A stretch of 64,000 nucleotides of DNA, taken from Bacillota bacterium (GTDB lineage Bacteria > Patescibacteriota > Minisyncoccia > Phycocordibacterales > Phycocordibacteraceae). Shown in pieces: positions 56,336-64,000 of this stretch. The notes below the pieces were generated by a model. That model made no database searches, was not told where the DNA came from, and was given only the letters and a program-made list of their open reading frames with translations. Location of the stretch: positions 639 to 64,638 of the forward strand of contig JBLNCF010000017.1 in assembly GCA_050260455.1 (NCBI GenBank), read 5' to 3'. The stretch's first letter is position 1. Every line of letters starts with the position of its first letter. Position numbers and translations under genes: made by a program.

Positions 56336-56358
56336 TATAAAGAGTAAGTACCAACGAT

Positions 56359-59034
56359 ATGCCTCCCTTCAAAAACTTCACCACTAAAGCAAAAGAAGCG
56401 ATCCGCAAAGCCCATGAGCTCGCGATCGAGCGGGGCCAGAATCACGTGAGCCCGCTCCATCTGCTTGCTGCACTCATCCATCAGGAGGAGAGCATGGTCT
56501 TTTCCGTACTCGATCGCATGGATATCGACACCATGCTGCTTGCCGACACCGTGCTCGAAACGCTTGAAGCGCCGGAGTCTAACGCAACGCTCTCGCCTTC
56601 CTACCAGCTCTACCTCACACCGGATCTTGCACAGGCCCTCGAATCAGCTGGGAAAATTGCCGCGCGCATGAACGATTCGTTCATTGGCACAGAGCACCTC
56701 TTCGTGGCAGTGCTCGAGAATCCTGGACCAGCAGGTGACATCATCGATCGTTTTAAGATCGATGAAGAAACAGTACTCGCTGTTTTGCGCGAGCTTAAAT
56801 CCACAAAGGATGGTCAGGTGGCACCCGAGAAGCGGTTCCGTGCGCTCGCAAAGTACACACGCAATCTCACGAAACTTGCTGCCGACAACGCACTCGATCC
56901 GGTTATTGGCCGTGATCAAGAAATCAATCGCGTCATCCAAATCCTTTCTCGTCGTACGAAGAACAATCCGGTGCTCATTGGAGAGGCAGGTGTAGGAAAG
57001 ACTGCAATCGCAGAAGGGCTCGCAGCACGCATGGCTGCGGGCGACGTCCCCGAATCCCTGAAAGGAAAGGAACTCCTTTCGCTCGATCTGGGTCTCATGA
57101 TTGCGGGCACCAAGTACCGGGGTGAATTCGAGGAGCGCATGAAGACCGTCATGAAGGAGGTTGAGAAGGCGGAAGGGAAGGTGATCCTCTTCGTCGACGA
57201 GCTCCATACCCTCGTTGGTGCCGGTGCAGCCGAGGGTGCGATGGATGCATCTAATATGCTGAAGCCCGCGCTTGCCCGTGGTGAGTTCCGCATCATCGGC
57301 GCGACTACCCTCAAGGAATACCAGCAGCACATTGAGAAAGACACCGCGCTTACCCGTCGTTTCCAGCCAGTCTTCGTGAACGAGCCGACCGTAGAGGATG
57401 CCGTTGCTATTCTCCGTGGTCTTCGCGACAAGTACGAACTCTTCCATGGGGTACGCATTACCGACGGCGCTATTGTGTCGGCGGTTGATCTCTCCTCGCG
57501 TTACATCACCGACCGCTTCCTTCCAGATAAAGCTATCGATCTCATTGATGAAGCTGCTTCGGGTCTTCGCATTGCACTTGAGAACAAGCCTCCGCAGCTT
57601 GAAGAAACCGATCGTCGTATTCGTCGCCTCGAAATTGAGCGTCAGGCGCTCATGAAGGATATCGAGACCGAGCACGCCAAGGAGATCAAAGAGCGTATCA
57701 AGGCTATTGAGGCGGAAATCGCTGATCTTCGTGAAAAAACTGGCGAGCTTGAGCTTAAGTGGAAGAACGAAAAGGAGGTCATCCAGTCTATCCGCGAGAT
57801 CAAGGGCGAACTCGAACGATTACGTGTGCAGGCAGACAATGCTGAATCCATTGGTGACCTCGGCGCCACTGCCGAGATTCGCTATGGCCGCATCCCGGTT
57901 CTAGAAAAGGAGCTGGAAACCAAGACTAAGCGTCTAAAGACACTCCAGAAATCGCGTCGTGTGCTCCATGAGGAGGTCACCGAGCACGAGATTGCCGGGG
58001 TCGTATCTCGCTGGACAGGTATTCCAGTATCAAAGATGCTCGAGGAGGAGGCTGCGAAGCTCGCGCGTATGGAAGATGCCCTTAAGGATGCGGTTATCGG
58101 ACAAGATACAGCTGTGAAGGCGATCGCAGATGCGGTGAAGCGTTCCCGCGTGGGTATCGCAGATCCGAATCGTCCGATTGGCTCATTCCTCTTTATGGGT
58201 CCTACGGGAGTGGGTAAGACGGAGCTTTCGCGCAAGCTTGCGGAGTTCATGTTCAACGACTCGGATGCACTGGTGCGGGTCGACATGTCGGAGTTCATGG
58301 AGAAGCACTCGGTCGCGAAGTTGATCGGCGCGCCTCCGGGGTATGTCGGCTACGAAGAGGCAGGCTCTCTCACCGAGCGTATTCGTCATCGTCCGTATGC
58401 CGTCGTCCTCTTCGATGAGATCGAGAAAGCGCATCCTGAAGTGTTCAACATTCTCCTCCAGGTTCTCGACTCCGGTCATCTGACCGACGGCAAGGGCCGT
58501 AAGGTGAACTTCAAGAACACGATCATCGTGCTCACCTCAAACATTGGTGCGGAGTACATCGATCGTATGGCCAATATTGGCTTCGGTCACTCAAGTGCCG
58601 ACGATGTTGCCCAGTACGAGCAGGTGAAGGAAAAGGTGCTTTCCGCGCTCAAGGATCGCTTCCGCCCCGAATTCCTGAACCGTCTCGATGAGATAGTCAT
58701 CTTTGACGTGCTTTCAAAGGAGTCACTCGCACGGATTGTCGAGAATCAGGTGAAGGATGTGATAGCACGTCTCTCTGGCAAGCGCATCACGCTTAATCTT
58801 GATCCGGACGTGCGTGCGTGGCTTGCGGACAAGGGATACAACCCACAGTACGGTGCCCGTCCCTTGAAGCGCGCTATCCAGGACAAGATTCTCACTCCTA
58901 TCGCATCTCTCATGGTGGGGCAGGGCATCATGGAAGGGGGCACAGTCAACGTCACGATGAAGAACGGCGAACCGCACTTCGATGTGAAGAAAGCCCCAAG
59001 CCGTCGCGCATCAACCAAGAAGGTCGCGGTATAG
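56359..59034 (+). CDS. clpB: AAA+ chaperone ClpB
   Basis: Two NBDs (GEAGVGKT, GPTGVGKT), long middle coiled coil, GAPPGYVGY. Confidence 0.93.
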   Translation: MPPFKNFTTKAKEAIRKAHELAIERGQNHVSPLHLLAALIHQEESMVFSVLDRMDIDTMLLADTVLETLEAPESNATLSPSYQLYLTPDLAQALESAGKIAARMNDSFIGTEHLFVAVLENPGPAGDIIDRFKIDEETVLAVLRELKSTKDGQVAPEKRFRALAKYTRNLTKLAADNALDPVIGRDQEINRVIQILSRRTKNNPVLIGEAGVGKTAIAEGLAARMAAGDVPESLKGKELLSLDLGLMIAGTKYRGEFEERMKTVMKEVEKAEGKVILFVDELHTLVGAGAAEGAMDASNMLKPALARGEFRIIGATTLKEYQQHIEKDTALTRRFQPVFVNEPTVEDAVAILRGLRDKYELFHGVRITDGAIVSAVDLSSRYITDRFLPDKAIDLIDEAASGLRIALENKPPQLEETDRRIRRLEIERQALMKDIETEHAKEIKERIKAIEAEIADLREKTGELELKWKNEKEVIQSIREIKGELERLRVQADNAESIGDLGATAEIRYGRIPVLEKELETKTKRLKTLQKSRRVLHEEVTEHEIAGVVSRWTGIPVSKMLEEEAAKLARMEDALKDAVIGQDTAVKAIADAVKRSRVGIADPNRPIGSFLFMGPTGVGKTELSRKLAEFMFNDSDALVRVDMSEFMEKHSVAKLIGAPPGYVGYEEAGSLTERIRHRPYAVVLFDEIEKAHPEVFNILLQVLDSGHLTDGKGRKVNFKNTIIVLTSNIGAEYIDRMANIGFGHSSADDVAQYEQVKEKVLSALKDRFRPEFLNRLDEIVIFDVLSKESLARIVENQVKDVIARLSGKRITLNLDPDVRAWLADKGYNPQYGARPLKRAIQDKILTPIASLMVGQGIMEGGTVNVTMKNGEPHFDVKKAPSRRASTKKVAV

Positions 59035-59041
59035 TGGGGTA

Positions 59042-59725
59042 ATGGACATACGTGAGCATGAGGCGCTTATCGAAGCGCTGAATGACCCCGCGCAATTTGA
59101 AGCGTATCGAGAACCGGTCGATGGATATCGCCCGGGTATCGTTCCCCGATTGCTGGGAGGTCTCCTCGTGTTCTTCGGAAATCTTGTATATGGAAAGCGG
59201 CCCTCGTACCTCAAGTTCCGTTCGGTGGAAGTGATCGCACGCGTACCCTATCAATCATGGGTCTCGGCGGCATACACCATGTTCACGCTTTTCTACAGCA
59301 ATGAACGCAAAGCACTTGAACTCTCGCATACCGCGCGATTCGGGAGACTAGCCCAAGACAACGAGACCATGCATGTAGTGGTCATTTCACAGCTCGCAAA
59401 GAAGTATGTGCGGGCGAATCCGCTCATACATACGGTAATACCGATGCTCTTTGCATTCGGATATTTCTGGGCCTCCTACTGGCTTTTCCTCCTTAACCGC
59501 CGCTGGTCATATGAGCTCAACTACTGCTTCGAGAGTCATGCGTTCGAGCAGTACAGCCGTTTCCTTGAGGAAAACGAGGCGGCGTTGAAGTCCCGACCTA
59601 TCGAAAGTGATTTCCTGACCTGGTATGGTCGTCACCCGCGTACCGAGTATGAATTCTTCCGTTCGGTGAGAAACGACGAACTCGTCCATCGAAATGCCAG
59701 TATTCACCAGATCTCGGCTCGCTAG
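59042..59725 (+). CDS. Alternative oxidase / PTOX family di-iron protein
   Basis: EVIARVPY, NETMH, FESHA…Y, DELVH ligands in AOX order. Confidence 0.85.
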   Translation: MDIREHEALIEALNDPAQFEAYREPVDGYRPGIVPRLLGGLLVFFGNLVYGKRPSYLKFRSVEVIARVPYQSWVSAAYTMFTLFYSNERKALELSHTARFGRLAQDNETMHVVVISQLAKKYVRANPLIHTVIPMLFAFGYFWASYWLFLLNRRWSYELNYCFESHAFEQYSRFLEENEAALKSRPIESDFLTWYGRHPRTEYEFFRSVRNDELVHRNASIHQISAR

Positions 59726-59768
59726 GACCCTGATTGCGGGAAAACGGCCTATTTGGTAAGGTAGCGAT

Positions 59769-59924
59769 ATGTCACAAGACCGCCTTATCAAGCTGAAGTC
59801 CACCAAGTCGGACCACGTGTATTTCAGCCGCAAGAACAAAAAGAAGGTGGAGCGCAAGATCGAGCTCAAGAAGTTCGACCCGACGCTCCGCGAACGTGTG
59901 GTCTACAAGGAGGCCAAGAAATAA
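59769..59924 (+). CDS. rpmG: 50S ribosomal protein L33 (Cys-free form; not in ORF track)
   Basis: MSQDRLIKL…YFSRKNKKKVERKIELKKFDPTLRERVVYKEAKK. Confidence 0.95.
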   Translation: MSQDRLIKLKSTKSDHVYFSRKNKKKVERKIELKKFDPTLRERVVYKEAKK

Positions 59925-59940
59925 TCTCCTACGAGTCGCA

Positions 59941-59976
59941 CAATGGAAAAGCCGCCCGAGGGCGGCTTTTCCATTG
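59941..59976. terminator. Bidirectional intrinsic terminator
   Basis: caatggaaaagccgccc / gggcggcttttccattg. Confidence 0.88.
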
Positions 59977-60150
59977 TGCTTTGGAGGACCGGCAGCCGTA
60001 GCTGGTGCACCGCTCCTTAGCACGCGCGTACTATAGCGGAAAAGGTATGAAGAAGCGCTGAACGTTGCTCTCCGTCCTCCTCTCCAGTACTATCCACCCG
60101 GACCTGACACAGACACGTGTCTACGGCCAATCCATTCATGGGGACGGTTA

Positions 60151-61551
60151 ATGCAGTACATTTCGACCCGCGGCATGGCCGCATCGAAGCCCTTCAAGAA
60201 GATTCTTCTCGAAGGGCTCGCTGAAGATGGCGGCCTCTATGTTCCCGGTCGTCTCCCGTCCTTGAGCCCAGAGGAGTGGAACGGTCTTGCCGGAAAAGAT
60301 TACGTGAGCGTTGCACTCGCGGTGCTCTCAAAACTGGCGAGCGATATTCCGCCGGATGATCTCAAGCGGCTCCTTGAAGACACGTACGTCAGCGGCTCAT
60401 TCGAGACGCCCGTCGTACCGCTCCAACAGCTCGATGACGATATCTGGCTGATGAAGCTGTCCCAAGGGCCTACGCTCGCGTTCAAGGACATCGCGCTTCA
60501 GCTCGTGGGACGTCTCATGTCTTACGTGCTCGAAGAACAGGGCGGAGAGTTGAATATTCTCGGCGCGACATCGGGTGATACCGGTTCTGCGGCGGCGCAT
60601 GCGATCCGGGGCCGGGATAACCTACGGCTCTTCATGCTTTCTCCCAAGGATCGCATGAGTCCGTTCCAGCGTGCGCAGATGTACACGCTCGATGAGCCCA
60701 ACATCTTCAATCTGGTGGTCGAGGGCACGTTCGATGACTGTCAGAACGTCGTGAAGGCAGTGAACGCCGATGCCACATTCAAGGCTCAGTTCAACATCGG
60801 CGCCATGAACTCTATCAACTTCGCCCGCATTGCGGCTCAGATTGTTTACTGTTTCTGGGCGTGCCGGATGATGGCAGGATGGGATAAACGCAGAGTCTCG
60901 TTTGGGATTCCTTCGGGGAATTTCGGGAATGCACTGGCCGCTCACATGGCCGGCATGATGGGCGCCCCTATCGGGCAGGTCATCGTTGCTACGAACGAGA
61001 ACGATGTGCTGGATGAGTTCTTCCGTACCGGCATCTATCGCCCGCGGAAGGGAGAAGAAGTGCATATCACCTCGAGTCCGTCCATGGACATCGCGCTTGC
61101 ATCTAACTTTGAGCGGTATGTCTTTGAACTGTTTGGTGGACGAGGTGATCTTCTCCGAGCGGAATGGGAACGCCTTGATTCAGACGGCTGCTTGGACCTT
61201 GCACCTCCGTTTCAAGTATTCGGCGGACCAGAAGTGGTTTCCGGGAAGGCAACGCAGGCAGAAGTGCTCGACACCATTCGTATGGCGCATCGGGAGTACG
61301 GCATCATCATCGATCCACACACCGCTATCGCGATGAAGGTCGGTCTCGAGCGGCGGAGCAAAGAATCGCCACTCGTGATCGCGGAAACGGCACAACCGGC
61401 TAAGTTTGAGGCTACCATCCGCGAAGCGCTTGGCATCGATCCGCCACGGCCCACCGGCTATGAGAACATCGAGAGCTTGCCCGAGCAGGTAACGCATATT
61501 GCGGCTGACCCGGATCGTGTGAAAGAGTTCATTCGGGCACACGCGGCGTAG
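60151..61551 (+). CDS. thrC: Threonine synthase
   Basis: MQYISTRG, GLAEDGGLYVP, GPTLAFKD, ATSGDTGSAA, NSINFARI, PSGNFGN, SPSMDI. Confidence 0.96.
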   Translation: MQYISTRGMAASKPFKKILLEGLAEDGGLYVPGRLPSLSPEEWNGLAGKDYVSVALAVLSKLASDIPPDDLKRLLEDTYVSGSFETPVVPLQQLDDDIWLMKLSQGPTLAFKDIALQLVGRLMSYVLEEQGGELNILGATSGDTGSAAAHAIRGRDNLRLFMLSPKDRMSPFQRAQMYTLDEPNIFNLVVEGTFDDCQNVVKAVNADATFKAQFNIGAMNSINFARIAAQIVYCFWACRMMAGWDKRRVSFGIPSGNFGNALAAHMAGMMGAPIGQVIVATNENDVLDEFFRTGIYRPRKGEEVHITSSPSMDIALASNFERYVFELFGGRGDLLRAEWERLDSDGCLDLAPPFQVFGGPEVVSGKATQAEVLDTIRMAHREYGIIIDPHTAIAMKVGLERRSKESPLVIAETAQPAKFEATIREALGIDPPRPTGYENIESLPEQVTHIAADPDRVKEFIRAHAA

Positions 61552-61574
61552 CATCTGGTTGGTGCCATGACTTT

Positions 61575-61604
61575 GACCCCTGGGAGCGATCCCAGGGGTC
61601 TTTT
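61575..61604 (+). terminator. Intrinsic terminator after thrC
   Basis: gacccctggga-gcga-tcccaggggtc followed by tttt. Confidence 0.88.
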
Positions 61605-61740
61605 GTAATAATTTGACGTGGTATGGAAAAAGTGATTTATTCATCCCGGACGTTCGACATAGCGCAGAGCTGCTCACGGCAGTTGTGCGCTATGTCGAAC
61701 TGCATCCTGCAGTCAGGCCGCTAGCCCTAGGAGAAAACTG

Positions 61741-62484
61741 ATGCTGGATAGCACTCAGAAGACCTATGACGCTCACACCGCTCACTTTCTCGGTGTAGTC
61801 GCCCAGAACATTCCTCCGTTACCTCGAGGAATCATGCAGCACTGGATCGAACATCCCAGCCGTCTGCAGCAAATGCTCGCTCTGGCGCTGTACTGCGATC
61901 CGAACGATGACATGTGGACGTCGGTCGGTAAAGGGAAGGAGCCGGCAGGACGCGATGTCGGGGTTGTTCCACTCCCGCTCAAGACCATGCGCTGTCCGGG
62001 ACAGAACCCGTTTGCAGCGTGGAAGACCGAAGCCCATCTGCAGTTCGGGGTGGAATACAATCATCTTCCGGACCGGAAGCGGTATGAGCTGGTCTTGCGT
62101 CCCTATCTCGATCTCGAGTTCGACGAGAGCGGCAAGTACATCCAAATCCCGGCGCGGGACGTGTTCCGTGGCGGACAACGACTGGAGATCAAGCTGCCCG
62201 ATATTCTCCCGCTGCTTGAACGTACGACGCGAGGTCTTTCCTCACTCTTGGCCGCGGGAGAAACGGCTTATGCCGACCAAGTCGTGACCTTCGTTCGCGA
62301 CGACTTGGAGACGCGGCTCACCTGCGAGGAGCGTCGCGATGGGTGGGAAATCACCCTCACGCTTCTTAAGGAGGGAGCCAGCTACTACTCAACAACCTTC
62401 TGGTTGAGCGGAGTCAGTTTCCGAAAAAGACTGCAGGACAATGACATGAAGGTTCCGGCTTACGTTGAGATGCACATCATCTAA
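61741..62484 (+). CDS. Hypothetical protein (orphan)
   Basis: AGGAG SD; 247-aa ORF; terminator near 62506-62543. Confidence 0.7.
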   Translation: MLDSTQKTYDAHTAHFLGVVAQNIPPLPRGIMQHWIEHPSRLQQMLALALYCDPNDDMWTSVGKGKEPAGRDVGVVPLPLKTMRCPGQNPFAAWKTEAHLQFGVEYNHLPDRKRYELVLRPYLDLEFDESGKYIQIPARDVFRGGQRLEIKLPDILPLLERTTRGLSSLLAAGETAYADQVVTFVRDDLETRLTCEERRDGWEITLTLLKEGASYYSTTFWLSGVSFRKRLQDNDMKVPAYVEMHII

Positions 62485-62549
62485 GTCTTCTCTCAAGCCT
62501 ATTCTGGGGCTCCGGTAGAAATACCGGGGCTCCTTTATTTTTTGAAGTG

Positions 62550-62620
62550 CGGGCCCACGAGGAATCGAACCTCGACCGACGGTTTTGGAGACCGACGTTC
62601 TACCATTAAACTATAGGCCC
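62550..62620 (-). tRNA. tRNA-Trp(CCA)
   Basis: gggccta/tgggccc, ct CCA aa loop, GTTCGA. Confidence 0.95.
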
Positions 62621-62696
62621 TATATCGCTACCTTAGCAGATTTAGTACCTGGGAACAAAACCCGCTAAGCGTCGGGCAGGACGCTACAATGGAACG

Positions 62697-63713
62697 ATGC
62701 GGCGCATCATATTGGCACTTCCACTGACACTTCTCCTTTTCATGAGCGTGTCGGTTCCTGTGCACGCGGCGAGCATCCCGCTTCTCGACCCTAATTTCCA
62801 CATTGTGCCGGATGCGCACGAGATAAATAGCGCCTGTCCGGTAGGAGCGCCGTTGAGCTACGGCGGCATACTCCTTCTGATCCAGCGCCTCATGAACGCC
62901 GGCATCATGCTCGGCATCATTGCCTTTGTTTTCGTAATGGCCTATGCCGGAGCTTCGTTCATGATGAACCCGACAAACCCTGAAGCACGCAGTCATGCAC
63001 GAGGCATGATCATTAATGTGGTGATAGGCATGATTATTCTCCTGTCTTCGTGGCTCGTTGTAGATTTTGTGATGAAGGTTCTCTACAACCCTGATCAAGT
63101 TCTTTCTGGAGGCATACATCTGGGTGGTTGGAACGAAATACTCAAGCCTGATGGCGGCGATCCGGGCTGTATCCAGGAAGGGAAAACCACCAAGATTCTC
63201 TCTGGAGTACCAGGTGCCGTCTTCGATCAGGTAGTGGGTCCCTCGAGCGAATCGCCGACACCCATCACCCCATCCACACGCGGTCTGTGTACTCCTGCCA
63301 ATCTTGAGAAGAATGGATGGCCAAGCAATCTTTCCAAGCAGATGTCGTGTGTCACAAAATACGAGAATGGATCCTGCAACGCGAGCGCTCCGAGTAGTAC
63401 TGACGTCGGTAAAGACGGCAATTCTGTATCCATAGGTCTCTTCCAGGTGAACCTTTCGGCGCATGATATGAACTATCCTGCCTGCAAAGCGTTTAATGGC
63501 GGGAAGCCGCTTAACTGCACAAAGGCTTTTGCAGGCGGAAAATACACAAGCACCAATCACAATACTTACGTCAGTGATCCGCGCTTATATCAGCAATGTC
63601 GAGCGGCTGCTAGTAACCCGGCATGCAACATTGCTGCTGCGATAGAGATTCGGCAAAACGAAGGTATTGGCGCATGGGGAACGGCAGCCCAGAATAATTG
63701 TAAGAGCCTGTGA
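62697..63713 (+). CDS. Pilin-like domain fused to lysozyme/SLT-like domain
   Basis: Signal peptide; YAG…NPE.RSHAR…VIG.II.L.SWLVV; C-terminal KYENG…SIGLFQVN…NIAAA…AWG. Confidence 0.75.
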   Translation: MRRIILALPLTLLLFMSVSVPVHAASIPLLDPNFHIVPDAHEINSACPVGAPLSYGGILLLIQRLMNAGIMLGIIAFVFVMAYAGASFMMNPTNPEARSHARGMIINVVIGMIILLSSWLVVDFVMKVLYNPDQVLSGGIHLGGWNEILKPDGGDPGCIQEGKTTKILSGVPGAVFDQVVGPSSESPTPITPSTRGLCTPANLEKNGWPSNLSKQMSCVTKYENGSCNASAPSSTDVGKDGNSVSIGLFQVNLSAHDMNYPACKAFNGGKPLNCTKAFAGGKYTSTNHNTYVSDPRLYQQCRAAASNPACNIAAAIEIRQNEGIGAWGTAAQNNCKSL

Positions 63714-63725
63714 TACGCTTTTGAT

Positions 63726-64000
63726 ATGAACCGCGTCGTCATCATCGTAATGGGAGTTGTCCTACTGGTGATCGTGAGTATCGCCGGCTTCTTGTTGCTC
63801 CAGCGTTCTAAAATCACGTCGTCATCGACAGATACCAGTGGTACGGTCTTTCCGGGGAGCGATTCTACAAACGGTGGCGGTAACGGTACGACTCCACTCC
63901 GCACCGTTTCTACATCAAATGGTTCTGCCATGGCAGTGAAAGATTTTACTACCGAGGAAGGAGTTATTCAGGATCCAAACGTTCCTGATCAGTACGATCT
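63726..64000 (+). CDS. Hypothetical single-TM protein (3' end outside window)
   Basis: MNRVVIIVMGVVLLV…; ATG 6 nt after TACGCT; frame open to window end. Confidence 0.7.
   Translation, partial: MNRVVIIVMGVVLLVIVSIAGFLLLQRSKITSSSTDTSGTVFPGSDSTNGGGNGTTPLRTVSTSNGSAMAVKDFTTEEGVIQDPNVPDQYD

Overview
This is a gene-dense bacterial chromosome segment that looks like Patescibacteria (CPR, Parcubacteria-like). That call is inferred from the short ValS, a degenerate HisRS paralog, tandem VirB2/TrbC-like pilins and the near-absence of Shine-Dalgarno (SD) sites on core genes. It carries housekeeping genes (murJ, lepA, valS, tsaD, tsaC, trxB, ftsZ, ftsA, ybeY, rpsU, lepB, pth, rpsA, gyrA, alr, rbfA, infB, clpB, rpmG, thrC) and 11 tRNAs. 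The main finding is a ~6.16-kb AT-rich element integrated at the 3' end of tRNA-Glu (17512-23676). It encodes a Sir2 + HerA + HEPN(AbiU2-like) defence operon and a large serine recombinase whose attachment site lies inside its own 3' end. When integrated, the recombinase ends in 10 residues read from the antisense tRNA. Joining the two element ends rebuilds a near-perfect palindromic attP and swaps in a different in-frame 30-residue tail stored 6 kb away. Other signals: a window-wide leaderless (-10 box then ATG) layout on core genes versus full promoter plus SD on scattered orphan genes, tRNAs abutting start codons, an alternative-oxidase-family protein, a pilin-muramidase fusion and several candidate structured RNAs. 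All product calls come from motif recognition by eye; no database search was run.
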